Part shown: piece after piece, positions 1-12,726 of the stretch
Position numbering within the stretch: position 1 is the first letter of the stretch
How the letters are laid out: the number at the start of each line of letters is the position of its first letter
DNA from: Tubulanus polymorphus
Taxonomy: Eukaryota; Animalia; Nemertea
Reading direction: 5' to 3'
Length of the DNA: 64,000 nt
NCBI RefSeq assembly: GCF_964204645.1
Contig: NC_134025.1
Span: 12,772,001-12,836,000 of the forward strand
Translations under genes and position numbers: made by a program
The notes under the pieces: generated by a model
The model's database searches: none
What the model saw: only the letters and a program-made list of their open reading frames with translations
What the model was told of the DNA's origin: nothing

Positions 1-330
1 TCAGAACATTAAGTTTTTCGTTCGAACAAGTATATTGAAAAAAGTTTTTTCTCCGAACCGAAAGTATTAAGTATTTCGTTCAATCGAACAGAATTTTTTT
101 CATTCAAACATTCGTTCGAAAAAATTGTTTTCGCTCAACCAAATTTTTCATTTCAACATTAATAATTTGAGTGACCTATCCTTAATGATGTTTCCTAATA
201 GCCTGGTTAGTAATGCCTGATGTTGTGCCTTATCAAATGCTTTGTCGAAATCCACCCTTGAACTGGATTCTAAGACTGTGCAGAAACCCGTTATCGCTGC
301 TTTGCAGCTATATTTATTATTATTATTATT
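1..330. repeat. Dispersed repeat (TTCGTTCGAAC-rich), second copy at ~4807-5474
   Basis: 1-150 is near-identical to ~4807-4950 and ~190-325 to ~5346-5474, by direct comparison. Confidence 0.75.
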
Positions 331-1619
331 TTTTTCCACACATTTTTTGTCAAAAGTACATAGGCTTTTTTACCTTACCGCTGTTGCCGATACAATCCGT
401 CTGATATCATTCAGCTCAGTTCGATCTACAAATACTCCGTGCGAATTTTGAAGAATCAACGTTACAAAAGCACTGTCGGGCCGTAAACATCGAAAATTGA
501 GCCCCATTCAAAGAGCCGACATGTTTTTCTAAGTCGTCTTTCCGAAATCTACCGCACGTTTCTTGTCACATCGATTATCAATTCAAGCATAAATTAACAA
601 ATTTATTACCGAAAGATTGCACATTCTGTCGCGGTTTTTAAAAACTAATTTTAACAGTAACCCATTTTCCTCATCAAATTATATTACTGATACACAGGAA
701 ATTTACTACTTTAGATTTTAAAAGCAGTGTCGAGGCTAAACATCGACAAATCGACGTGTGTCACTACATAGTCGTTCCGTGGCTGAGAATCAAATCGAGT
801 ACAAATTAATTTATTACTACAAGTGATTTGGCTGCGGGCGTTAAGCAGTTAATTTAGCAATACCTATTTTTCTTTACCAAAATTAAACGTGTATTTACTA
901 AGATAAATCATGAGTGTACCGGGGAGTCGTAGGCCTAAACGAAACACGCCGAAGAGATATAGCGGAGAAAAGCTGTTATGTCGACGAGGTATCAAAATAA
1001 AATAATATATTACTTTATTCGGCCGCGGGCATCAACCTCTATATCAATACCATCAATACTCTATAGTTCCTACAGTACATACCGATCATTGTCAAATGCA
1101 CAAGGTATTTACTAAATACAAGTATATAACACACTCCTTTCCGTATGCTGGAGTCACACTTGAAATTTGGAGTAAGCGTTCGCTGTGGGGGAAAGGAGAT
1201 CGTTCGCTTTGTCGCTTGAAGTGTTTATCGAGTTTGACGCGGCTTTAGGCCTACCGGTACTGTCTCAAACAAACACAGTATAATTGTTGCGTTTATTAAC
1301 GGACTCATTGGATAGAACTTCAAAACAAAATTTACGATATTTAGGTGGGTTGTTATTCAATAGGCCTACGACCAATCTGTCCGGATGTTAGGCCTACGCA
1401 TATACATAGGCTTACATAGGCTAGTAGCCTCTACTAGGTTAAGCGTTCGCTGTGGGGGAACGGAGATCGTTCGATGTGTCGCTTGAAATGTTTATCGAGT
1501 TTTACGCGACCTTAAGGCTTTAGTATTGTGGCTGATAAGGGCCATGCGTAAAAAAAACACGTATTTGCAAATGAGGGCGACATTATGACAAAATGACAAA
1601 ACTAAAATAACGCGACAAA

Positions 1620-3630
1620 ACAATAATTTTGGTTTTGTCGCCCGCGACAATTCATTATTTTGGTTTTATCGCCCGCGACAATTTATTATTTCGGTTTTAT
1701 CGCCCGCGACAATTCATTAATTTGGTTTTAGTCACCCGCGACAAATCAATATTTTGGTTTTGTCGCCCACGACAATTCAATATTTTGGTTTTATCGCCCG
1801 CGACAATTCATTATTTTGGTTTTATCGCCCGCGACAATTTATTATTTCGGTTTTATTGCCCGCGACAATTCATTAATTTGGTTTTAGTCACCCGCGACAA
1901 ATCAATATTTTGGTTTTGTCGCCCACGACAATTCAATATTTTGGTTTTATCGCCCGCGACAATTCATTATTTTGGTTTTATCGCCCGCGACAATTCATTA
2001 TTTTGGTGTTGTCGCACGCGACAATTCATTATTTTGGTTTTATCGCCCGCGACAATTTATTTTTTTTTGTCGCGGTTTTATGGCCTGCGACAATTCAATA
2101 TTTTGGTTTTATCGCCCACGACAATTCATTATTTTGGTTTTATCACCCGCGACAATTCATTAGTTTGGTTTTGTCGCCCGCGACAATTCAATATTTTGGT
2201 TTTGTCCCACACGACAATTCAATATTTTGGTTTTATCGCCTGCGACAATTCAATATTTTGGTTTTATCGCCAGCGACAATTCATTATTTTGGTTTTGTCG
2301 CCCGCGACAATTCATTATTTTGGTTATATCGCCCGCGACAATTCATTATTTTGGTTTTTTCGCACGCGACAATTCATTATTTTTGTTTTATCACCCGCGA
2401 CACTTCAATATTTTGGTTTTATCACCTGCGACAATTCAATATTTTGGTTTTATCGCCAGCGACAATTCATTATTTTTGTTTTATCGCCCGCGACAATTCA
2501 TTATTTTGGTTTTATCGCCAGCGACAATTCATTAGTTTGGTTTTGTCGCCCGCGACAATTCAATATTTTGGTTTTGTCCCACGCGACAATTCAATATTTT
2601 GGTTTTATCGCCCGCGACAATTCATTAGTTTGGTTTTGTCACCCGCGACAATTCAATATTTTGGTTATGTCGCCCGCGACAATTCAAGATTTTGGTTTTA
2701 TCGCCCGCGAAAATTCAATATTTTGGTTTTATCGCCAGCGACGATTGATTATTTTGGTTTAATCGCCCGCGACAATTATTTTTTGGTTTTGTCGCCCACT
2801 TTATTAGCTTTTGAATAATTAGGCCAATTAATAACGTAATAAAGACTTATGCTTTCGCCTATTTTGAAGTCGATTAATCTGATATAGTACGGAAGCGATA
2901 AAGGGCCTCGAGTTGTCGCGACAATTCATTAGTTTGGTTTTGTCGCCCGCGACAATTCAATATTTTGGTTTTGTCCCACGCGACAATTCAATATTTTGGT
3001 TTTATCGCCCGCGACAATTCATTAGTTTGGTTTTGTCGCCCGCGACAATTCAATATTTTGGTTTTATCGCCCGCGACAATTCATTTTTTGGTTTTGTCGC
3101 CCGCGACAATTCAATATTTTGGTTTTATCGCCAGCGACGATTGATTATTTTGGTTTTATCGCCCGCGACAATTATTTTTTGGTTTTGTCGCCCACTTTAT
3201 TAGCTTTTGAATAATTAGGCCAATTACTAACGTAATAAAGACTTATGCTTTCGCCTATTTTGAAGTCGATTAATCTGATATAGTACGGAAGCGATTAAGG
3301 GCCTCGAGTTGTCGCGACAATTCATTAGTTTGGTTTTGTCGCCCGCGACAATTCAATATTTTGGTTTTGTCCCATGCGACAATGCAATATTTTGGTTTTA
3401 TCGCCCGCGACAATTCATTAGTTTGGTTTTGTCGCCCGCGACAATTCAATATTTTGGTTTTGTCGCCCGCGACAATTCAAGATTTTGGTTTTATCGCCCG
3501 CGACAATTCATTTTTTTGGTTTTGTCGCCCGCGACCATTCAATATTTTGGTTTTATCGCCAGCGACAATTGATTATTTTGGTTTTATTGCCCGCGACAAT
3601 TATTTTTTTGGTTTTGTCGCCCACTTTATT
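1620..3630. repeat. 31-bp minisatellite (CGACAATTCATTATTTTGGTTTTATCGCCCG) interrupted by a recurring ~125-bp spacer
   Basis: Dozens of tandem degenerate units. The same spacer (CCACTTTATTAGCTTTTGAATAATTAGG...GGGCCTCGAG) recurs at ~2795, ~3192, ~3621 and ~4117. Confidence 0.95.
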
Positions 3631-3715
3631 AGCTTTTGAATAATTAGGCCAATTAATAACGTAATAAAGACTTATGCTTTCGCCTATTTTGAAGTCGATT
3701 AATCTGATATAGAAC

Positions 3716-4114
3716 GGAAGCGATAAAGGGCCTCGAGTTGTCGCGTTCAAACTCGACAAGTCGCCATATTTATTTCGATATATCGCGATATAAGTCCACA
3801 TGAATATGTCTACAATCGTGACATTTTCACAACAAATTTCGCTTTTTTGCTCATTTTCCACGGGACAAGCCGTCATTTGAAGACATGTCTAAATGTAAGA
3901 TGAGAACGCTAGTAATATGACGACTGAGTTTCAAGTCGTCATGAATATGTCGACTTGTCGCGAGAAAAATGGTCGAGAAAACGAAATATGTCGTCAAAAC
4001 GTCACAATATATCGACGTATTCATGTCGACTTGACGCAATATATCGCGGTATGTCGACATAAATATGGCGACTTGTCGAGTTGGAACGCGACATCTCGAG
4101 GCCCCTTATCGCTT
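3716..4114. mobile_element. Fold-back/MITE-like inverted repeat
   Basis: GAAGCGATAAAGGGCCTCGAGTTGTCGCGTTCAAACTCGACAAGTCGCCATATTTAT at the left is the imperfect reverse complement of ATAAATATGGCGACTTGTCGAGTTGGAACGCGACATCTCGAGGCCCCTTATCGCTTC at the right. Confidence 0.65.
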
Positions 4115-5471
4115 CTTTAGCTTTTGAATAATTAGGCCAATTAATAATGTAATAAAGACTTATGCTTTCGCCTATTTTGGAGTCGATTAATCTGATATAG
4201 TACGGAAGCGATAAAGGGCCTCGAGTTGTCGCGTTCAAACTCGACAAGTCGCCATATTTATGTCGATATATCGCGATATATCGCATCAAGTCAACATAAA
4301 TATGTTGACATATCGTGACGTTTTGACGACTTGAAACTCAGTCGTCATATCACTGGCGTCCTCATCTTTCAGCAACGCCAGTCACATGGAGTCGCACGTG
4401 TTCTACTTTCTGCGACGCGACACGACTGTCACAACCAACCGACGCGCTCTTGCGACTGGCAGAAACTATTTGCACACAATCGTATTGCAACCGACTTGCA
4501 CCGAAACTTGCGGTGCAACGCAAGGATCGCCTCGTGTCACAAGACCAACCTACGTCTGGATTTAAGTTACTGCGGAGCACCAGAAATATTTTTTTTTTCG
4601 TTCAAAAGACTTTTCGCTTGAAAATTCTTTCGTCGGAACAAAATTTATTTCGTTCGAACCAATAATATTCTATACGATTGAACCAATTTGAAAAAATCGT
4701 AAGAACAAAGTTGAACAAACTTTTTTTTGTCCAAACGAAAGGTTTTTCGTTCGAACAATCGTTCAATTGAACAGAATCTTTTTTAATTTGAACAGAATTT
4801 TCTTGTCAGAACATAAAGTTTTTCGTTCGAACAAGTATATTGAAAAAAGTTTTTTCTCCGAACCGAAAGTATGAACTATTTCGTTCAATCGAACAGAATT
4901 GTTTTCATTCAAACATTCGTTTGAAAAAATTTTTTCGCTCGACCAAATTTTTTTGCCGGGACTAAAAATTTTTCATTTCAACTATAACATAGCTTCTTAT
5001 TTGAACACATTTTTTGTCAGAATGAAGAAAATTTTTGGTTCAAGCAAAAAGCGTATTGTTCGATCAAACAGGATTAGTTTCATTCGAACAAGATTTTCTT
5101 GTTGGAACATCAAGTTTTTTGGTCGAACAGCGTGTTAAGGTCGATTTGGAAATTTACTCGGTCTGGTATATGTTGGATTACTGTGTATGTTATTTGTCAG
5201 GACATTAAACAGAAGACAACTTAGGATAGACCTTGCGTGACTCCACTAGTCCGACTTATTCCAAGATGAGGCGTTCGGTTGATTTCGGCTACAAGTTTTC
5301 GTTCAGAGATAACTGCTGAGCCATTTGGGCGACCAATCATTGATACTGTTTCCTAATAGCCTGTTTAGTAATGGCTGATGTTGTGCCTTATCAAATGCTT
5401 CGTCGAAATCCACCGTTGAACAGGATTCTAAGACTGTGCAGAAAACCCGTTATCGCTGCTTTGCAGCTATA

Positions 5472-5637
5472 TTTTCAATTAGGATCGGTTATGACATTAA
5501 TTTCTACTGGTGTCATAACATTTTTGAACATCAAGCCTATGGAATATAAATCAGGTAAGAACGAAACAGATGTACTACAACCAAACGTCGAAACAGAAAA
5601 TGAATCAGAACAAAAATTAACTAAAATAAATGAGTGA
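5472..5637 (+). pseudogene. 3' remnant of the 202-aa hypothetical protein (intact at 56137-56745)
   Basis: FQLGSVMTLISTGVI...EQKLTKINE matches the C-terminus of the copy C ORF. Confidence 0.85.
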
Positions 5638-5998
5638 TGGCGTTAAGAAAAAGGCTAGATCAGAGAAACAAATTAAATGGGCAAGAGAATTAGGTAAAAG
5701 ATCTTCAGAATTAAAAAAAGCTAAGAAAAAGAAATTAACTGATATAAATGAATCACAGACTTTATCTGATAATGATTCAAATAATAATCCATCTGATTCT
5801 TCTAATGCTGGAAGTAATTATAAATTATATATTACAATTGGATTAGTAACAGTTATTATATTATCCGGTGTAATATATAAATCAAAATTCAAATCTGATG
5901 ATAAAGATGATTCCAATGACAATAAACCTATCATACCAGAAAATAAGTCAAATCATAAAGTCATTGAAACTAAATCTAAATTATTATTAATGGATTAA
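5630..5998 (+). CDS. Basic protein with one predicted TM helix (viral hypothetical)
   Basis: Lys/Arg-rich N-terminus and hydrophobic LYITIGLVTVIILSGVIY; homologues at 56738 and 44572. Confidence 0.75.
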   Translation: MSDGVKKKARSEKQIKWARELGKRSSELKKAKKKKLTDINESQTLSDNDSNNNPSDSSNAGSNYKLYITIGLVTVIILSGVIYKSKFKSDDKDDSNDNKPIIPENKSNHKVIETKSKLLLMD

Positions 5999-6004
5999 AA
6001 GAAG

Positions 6005-6980
6005 ATGAAAAAAGAACAATATCTGAGAGATTTATATTATAACCCAGAAAGTGAAGTATCATATTCTAACGTTTCAGAATTATGGAATAAAATTAAATCT
6101 GATAATGAAAATGGTGATATAAAATATAGTGAATTAAAATCATGGTTACAAAATCAACCAACATATCAAATCCACAAGAAAATGGATAAAACTTATTTAA
6201 CAAAAAAAGTTATGGTTTCATATATTGATCAACAATGGCAAGCTGATTTAATTGACATGAAGAACTTAGAAAAATACAACAAAGGATATTTCTGGATATT
6301 GAATGTTATAGACATATTCAGTCGATACGCATGGTCAATTCCAATCAAAAATAAAACTGGAATAGAAGTTACAAATGCTTTTAAGAATATATTTAAAGAA
6401 GCTATTGCAGATAAGATACAATTTGATGAAGGTAAGGAATTCTATAACAAACATTTTAAAAAACTATTATCTGATAACGATGTAGAATATTTTTCAACAC
6501 ACTCAGATAAAAAAGCATCTATTATAGAAAGATTTAATAAAACATTGAAATCTAGAATGTGGAAATATAATTCGGAAATAGTTTGGAATAATTTATATGG
6601 AGCGTTTGTTACACATGATTTCGGTGAACCTAGATTCAAAATTGGACAACACGTTAGAATATCTAAATATAGAAAAACCTTTTATAAAGGTTATACCCCT
6701 AATTTTACTGAAGAAATATTTAAAATTTAAAGTACAATATTAACTTAACCTTTTGTTTATAAATTAGAAGATCTAAAAGATGATGAAATATTAGGTTATT
6801 TCTATGAACAAGAATTATCACTTGTACCAAATCCAGATGAAATAGAATACAAAATAGAAAAAGTATTGAAAACAAAAACTCTTAAAGGAAAAAAGTATTC
6901 TTTGGTGAAATATAAAGGATATGATGATAAATTTAATGAATGGATTTTATCTAGTAAAATTAAAAAAATAAATGAATATA
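6005..6980 (+). pseudogene. rve (DDE) integrase with C-terminal chromodomain, disrupted
   Basis: QWQADLIDM, VIDIFSRYAW, QFDEGKEF and IERFNKTLK motifs; 39-codon deletion relative to copy C and a premature stop at 6730. Confidence 0.92.
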
Positions 6981-7583
6981 GATTTATGTATATTTGAACC
7001 GCATAATATGTTAGTTACTGGAGTAACAAACTGTGGTAAAACACATTTCATATTAGATTTGTTAGAAACTATTTATAAGAATCATTTTGATAATATAATA
7101 TTATTCTGCCCTACTTATGAAATGAATAAAACATATAATAGAGATATAGTTAAGATAAAAAAGTTTATTATATTAAATCCTAAAACAGTAAAAGAAAATT
7201 TAGATAATTGTATTAAAATAGCAATTGATACTTATAAAGGATCAAATACATTATTCATTGTAGATGATTGCGCTAATTTACATGATTCAAAAGTGAGAGA
7301 AAGTGAGTTATGTTATTTAGCTTTCTCTGGAAGACATTTTGGGATAACAACATGGGTTTTAAATCAAAAATATAATTCAATTGTTAAAGACTTTAGGGAG
7401 AATATAAGATTTCTAGTTTTATTTTATAACAAAGATAGAAAATCTATGCAACAATCATTGGAAGAAAATCAAATTATACCTACTGAATTACATTATGAAT
7501 ATATGAATAAATTAAAGAATAATAAAGGTTCAAAATTATTACTGAGATTACAATTTCCCTATGAATATAAATTTATAAAATAA
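6972..7583 (+). CDS. A32/FtsK-HerA-type genome packaging ATPase
   Basis: Walker A GVTNCGKT, Walker B FIVDD, downstream GRHFG and Q motif typical of A32-like ATPases; ORF is intact. Confidence 0.9.
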   Translation: MNIDLCIFEPHNMLVTGVTNCGKTHFILDLLETIYKNHFDNIILFCPTYEMNKTYNRDIVKIKKFIILNPKTVKENLDNCIKIAIDTYKGSNTLFIVDDCANLHDSKVRESELCYLAFSGRHFGITTWVLNQKYNSIVKDFRENIRFLVLFYNKDRKSMQQSLEENQIIPTELHYEYMNKLKNNKGSKLLLRLQFPYEYKFIK

Positions 7584-7594
7584 CTATTTGTATA

Positions 7595-7915
7595 CCTATG
7601 TATTAGATACCCTAATACCTGATACCCCATTAGATACCTTAAATACTTAAAACCCCCTTTTTTAAAATAAATATTTTTTATACAATTTTCAACCAATTTA
7701 TTTTTATTTTTTCAACTAATATATGAATAAGTTTGAAAATAATAAAGGTTATTTATTATTACTGAGGTTTCAATATAAATTTAAAAAAGAAATATAATTT
7801 AAGGTATTTTCAAATAATATGTATTAGATATGTATTAGATACCCTATTAGATACCTTAAATACTAAAAACCCCTTTTTTATTTACTATTATTTTATACAA
7901 TTTTCAACTAATATT
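7595..7915. repeat. Duplicated TATTAGATACC...AAAACCCCC-T-run unit between convergent genes
   Basis: Two imperfect units (~7600-7720, ~7820-7915); same arrangement in copy C at ~58935-59270. Confidence 0.65.
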
Positions 7916-7943
7916 ATTATTTGAGTTAAATATAATTAATATC

Positions 7944-8551
7944 TTAATCACTTTCATCATCACTCTCCAATTCACTATCAGACCCTAACAATTTATTCAA
8001 ATTCTCTACCGATATTTCTCCTTCAAATTCTCTATTATTTTTATACTTATTTTTCACCTTTTTTACCGCATCATCAATAGTTGTTTCATTGTTATGCTTA
8101 TTCATCCAATCAAATTTATCATTATTTTCTACTTTATGTTTCATAGAATCTTTATTAGTGTTTGCTCCTAATATTTCATTTACAGTGTTTGATCCTAATA
8201 TTTCATTAGCATCGGTTAGATCTAATTCACTTTATTAGGTGTTGCTAATAATAAATCTTCATATATTTTTTCACCATTTACTTTTTGATTTGAAACAAAC
8301 TTTGTAACATATCTAAATGGGTGTTCTATAAATTCTTTTAAACCAACACGTTCTATAACATTATTTATATGTACCCTTGTATTCATATGTTTATTCCAAT
8401 TTGATGTAGCGTCTATTAGTTTAGTTTTATAAATTTTGAAAATAGGATCAAATATCAAAGCTATATTACAAGGTATTACATAATATAAGCCATCATTATT
8501 TGCATGTGTATCGATGTATGGAATATGTTTATATACTTTACCTCCTTCCAT
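7944..8551 (-). pseudogene. Disrupted homologue of the 263-aa hypothetical protein at 59299-60090
   Basis: Two ORF pieces (8222-8551, 7944-8144) match the N- and C-termini of the copy C protein; internal deletion and frameshift. Confidence 0.85.
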
Positions 8552-8583
8552 TTATTATATAAATTTTTATTAAAGTTAAAATT

Positions 8584-9833
8584 TTAATACATAACACTAT
8601 TTAATTGAGAATTTACAATATTTAATTGCGCGTCAGATATAATATAAATGTGCATTTTGAAATTTTTGATTCCTTTATTCTTTGTCATGAATAATTGTAT
8701 TCCATCTTTAGTGTTTTGTAATTTTATTTTCCAGAACCATGTAATGAATTATCCTCTGTTGTTCTAAAATCTAACCATAATGCATACTTATTACCGGTAT
8801 AATAATCAATTTGATTAATATTACAATTTTCAGATGATTTTACTTTTTCATTCATAAAATGTTTTCTAATTTCTGGCCATTGATCTATCATTCTCATTCC
8901 TTGACAAAATATTTTATTTGCTATTCCTTCGATAGTTATTTCTACTTTTGTTATTTCAGGATTATAATAATTATCAACATTTATTGCGCCATTAGTATAC
9001 GTTGCAATGGTAAAAAATATTAATATACCTTTAATAGATCTTCTTGGGAAGTTAATATTCTCATTAATAATTTCATCATTTGCATTAATAGTTACAGTTT
9101 TAAATTTATCAATATAATCATATAATAATGAAAATCCTTGATTGTATTGAGTTTGAATTATACTTGAAATATTTTCATCAGTTACTGTGTCATATTCTAA
9201 ACATATATTCGATAATTTATAACTCATATGTTTATTAACGCTAGATATTACATTTTCATTTACAGGAGCAAATGTTATTTCGAATATAACGTCTTCTTGA
9301 ATTGCGTATTTATATAAAGGTGCATTGTTATTTATCAATTCAAAGTCTAATGGAATTTTATATTTGCTTCCATATATACTTTTTATCAATTTATCTACAG
9401 CATTAGTTAATATTGCGCTATTAGCTTCTGATCTTAATTTATTTTGGTTTTCTGATTGGATGCCTTGAAATATCATATTATTTCTATTTTCTTTAGTTAA
9501 CCATAAATCTTTATAATGCATAAATAAATTATAATCATCTAATGAGAAAACTGTTTCTGGACCAATCTTTATAGTTAATTTTTTAATCAAATATCTTCCA
9601 ACATTATCAACAACATAATTATTATTATTACCGGTTACTTTTATATCGGCTGATAAATAAATACTATTTGGAACATAAAAAGTATTTTATGTTAATCGAG
9701 GAATTCTAACATATAAAGTTTCATCGGGATTAATATTAGAAGGGTTATGAGTAATTATATGATGTGATCTTTCTGCTTTAATAGCATTAGATATTCTATG
9801 ATTCTTAGAAGGATTGATATAACTCCCACTCAT
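8584..9833 (-). pseudogene. Probable double jelly-roll major capsid protein with premature stops
   Basis: Near-identical to the intact 415-aa ORF at 40625; size, beta-rich pattern and genomic context. The fold is inferred. Confidence 0.7.
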
Positions 9834-9853
9834 TTATTTAACAAAAAAATTAA

Positions 9854-11311
9854 TTATTTATTTTTGATCATGTTTACTAACCCAAAAATAATTGCACTTA
9901 CAACTGTAATTAAAAATAAAATAATATGTTCAGCAGCAAAGTTAATAATGTTTCCTGCAGATTTCAATATAAAACCAACAATTGATGCAATAACTCCTGG
10001 CAATGCTGCAGCAGATTTTTTAGATAGTTCCCATAAATATTTTGCTAATTTCTTTAAACCATCTTTAACTTTATCTTGTATAGAATTATTACCTGGGGGT
10101 TTATCTGGTTTATTTGGAGTAGGAGTAGATTTTAAAGCATTCGATATTGCTAAACCAATTGTTGTAAATAACATAGTTACAGCTGTTAGAATTGAAAGAA
10201 TTGTTATTCCTTCTAACAATAATAATAATTTTATTCTATCTTTCAATGATATTTTAGAATCTGGTTTTATCAACAAATCTTTAAAAATAACTTTTAATCT
10301 ATTAATATTATAATCATATGGTTTTAATAATAATTTAATTTCTTCTTTTTGTAATTCTATGTTATATTCTAAATCATCTTTTTCTTTTTCTAAATACGGA
10401 TTTCTTTTTTTAAATTCGATTTCTTCAATAACTTTATTATCTCTATCTAATTTTAGTTGTTCCGATTCTTTTCTTGATTTAAATAATTCATCTTCTAAAG
10501 TTCTAATTTTTAAATCTCTTATACTTTTATCATGCGCAATTTTATCAGATGCAAGTCTTATACTAATAATTTCTCTAATTGCTTCATCAGAAAATATATT
10601 ATTTAAATCTTCTAATTGTTGATCTGTTGCATCAATTAATCCATTCGGTAAAAGTTTTTCAATTGGAACTTTATTTGATTTAAGTTTACTAGTTTTGGAA
10701 GTTTTATTCTGTTCAGAAGTTGTTTCTGTTTCTGGATTATCATCGATTATTTTAAATAAGTCATCAATTCTTTCACTAAATACTCTTATATTATCATCTC
10801 TTTCTTCTTGTGTAACATCAGTTATTTCATTACTAATACTTATTCTTTTAATTTTATCTGGTTCTAATTTTCTCAAAGTTGATTCCGCTAATATTTTATT
10901 TAGTTTTGTCTTTTGATTAGTGATATCAATATAATAATCATCTTTCAATTTATAATAATATTCACCATCTAAATATTTTAAATCTTCTACTAAAAATCTG
11001 GCACCTCTGTAATTTATATTATATCCAGATCTTTCAAATGCACGTTGGAACTTTTATATAAATTCTTTATTTTCTAAATCTCGACTCGATAAACCTTGAT
11101 TTTCATTTTCAGGACGTATTCTCGATCTAGTTCTTCTATCAAATTCATCTGTTGATGGGGCTTTAGAACCACTATCTGCAAAATTAGAATTATATGCTGA
11201 TTCATTACCATCATCAATATTAGTTTCTGCATCATTATAATCATCATCAATATATCCTTCATTATTATTTCCCATTTCTCCCATTTCATAATCTTCCCCG
11301 CCTTCTGCCAT
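9854..11311 (-). pseudogene. Acidic N-terminus/coiled-coil/multi-TM protein with internal stop
   Basis: ORFs 11054-11311 and 9854-10948 are in frame and match the 483- and 490-aa ORFs of B and C. Confidence 0.85.
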
Positions 11312-11327
11312 TTACATAATAAAAAAA

Positions 11328-12470
11328 TTAAAATTTAAAATATAATATTCCTCCAATTACAATTCCTATACAAGTTATAGCTAATTTAGTATTTTCATGG
11401 GATTTATTATCATCATTTAGTTTATTTATATCATGTTGAATATCACCGTGTGGGTGCCATACGGCACCATTTTCAGTTTTAATATTTTCTGATGTATTGT
11501 AATCTTTTATTTTAGAATCATTATTTAATTTAATATTCTTAGTTTTAGTTTCTGTTGATTGAATGTGTTTTTTATTTTTTTCACCTTCCATTAAGTTTGG
11601 AGCAGTAATTATCTTTTTATTTATATCATTCAATCCAAATGAATTATTTATTGTTGCAGTTTTAATTAGATTATTATAACCAATTATATTTCCCATATTT
11701 AATACTAAATCATTAGAAATAATTAATAGTGATTTAACTACATAATTTTGATATCTTACAATGTTTTCTGGAATCGATCTATTTTTATCATTATGAATAG
11801 AATCTTCAAATAATACTTTGAATTGTTTCTGTGTATCAAATGATGTATTTAAATTTCCAATTATTGGGGATCTTGTTTCAACTTGCGCACCTAAAATACA
11901 TATCAAATAAGTTCTAATAGATTGATTTATTCTTTGTATACCTGATTTTGTAAAACCTTCATTATTTTCTAAAATGAAATAAACCCAACCATTATTGTTT
12001 TCTTGTTTTATATTATCATAAAATGTCGGTAATTTATTGAAATTTAATGTTTCTAAATCCTTAGTTTCTATTTTACCATAACCTAATTTATTACTATAGA
12101 TATTATACAAACTATTAGATGGTATGGGAAGTGCACAATATTCTGCAATCTTTTTAGGGCAAGGAAGTGATCTTATTGTTCCAATTTTTGTTCTAAAATC
12201 AGAATTATTTATATCTATATTAAATTCATCACAAATTTTATAAAACTTTGATAAATTAATATTATTATCTAATTCTTTAAAATACCTACATCCTGGTAAA
12301 GCGCACTCTAATTCATTTAATATTATTCTGATTTGAAAGTATGTATGAAATCTAAATAAACTTTGAATTAATTTATATTTAGAATTATTCAAATGATCAT
12401 TCCAACTAATTCCACATCCTGTCGTTGCGCAATAAACAGCAAAATTTAATTGGTTCTGCCAATACTTCAT
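11328..12470 (-). CDS. Conserved viral hypothetical protein with C-terminal TM anchor
   Basis: QLNFAVYCATTGCGIS motif, C-terminal LAITCIGIVIGGILYF; present in all three copies. Confidence 0.8.
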   Translation of the reverse strand: MKYWQNQLNFAVYCATTGCGISWNDHLNNSKYKLIQSLFRFHTYFQIRIILNELECALPGCRYFKELDNNINLSKFYKICDEFNIDINNSDFRTKIGTIRSLPCPKKIAEYCALPIPSNSLYNIYSNKLGYGKIETKDLETLNFNKLPTFYDNIKQENNNGWVYFILENNEGFTKSGIQRINQSIRTYLICILGAQVETRSPIIGNLNTSFDTQKQFKVLFEDSIHNDKNRSIPENIVRYQNYVVKSLLIISNDLVLNMGNIIGYNNLIKTATINNSFGLNDINKKIITAPNLMEGEKNKKHIQSTETKTKNIKLNNDSKIKDYNTSENIKTENGAVWHPHGDIQHDINKLNDDNKSHENTKLAITCIGIVIGGILYFKF

Positions 12471-12485
12471 ATTAGATTTTAATAA

Positions 12486-12710
12486 CTATTGTTTTTCATC
12501 TTTCAATTTTTTTAAATTAATTAAATATAGATGAAATATATTTTCCATCGTTGCATTAAAATTATTAGTTTCAGTAACATAAATTTCTAAATTAGTTAAT
12601 GAATCTAAAACTTCATTTCTATATGTAATATCTTTATTAAAATCTATTGCTGGAATATTATATTTAATTGATTTATTATATTGGAAAACTTTTGGAAAAC
12701 TATCTACCAT
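12486..12710 (-). CDS. 74-aa viral hypothetical protein
   Basis: T-run/TAAATG start; frameshifted homologue at 37753. Confidence 0.65.
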   Translation of the reverse strand: MVDSFPKVFQYNKSIKYNIPAIDFNKDITYRNEVLDSLTNLEIYVTETNNFNATMENIFHLYLINLKKLKDEKQ

Positions 12711-12726
12711 TTATTTAATTAAAAAA

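Noticed and set aside
1620-3630. CRISPR array
   Set aside because: Units are contiguous and degenerate with no unique spacers, and there are no cas genes; it is a minisatellite.
1629-3639. Long ORFs (377 aa, 302 aa and others) in the satellite
   Set aside because: They are frame-cycling translations of a stop-poor 31-bp repeat in all three frames.
5460-5480. Left TIR and TSD of copy A
   Set aside because: The junction is mid-ORF with only short ATTT microhomology to a host repeat and no AGT terminus, so it is a deletion breakpoint.
9798-10313. Antisense ORFs here and at 61422-61886, 40117-40317 and similar positions
   Set aside because: They are shadows of the conserved hydrophobic gene on the other strand, with variable lengths between copies.
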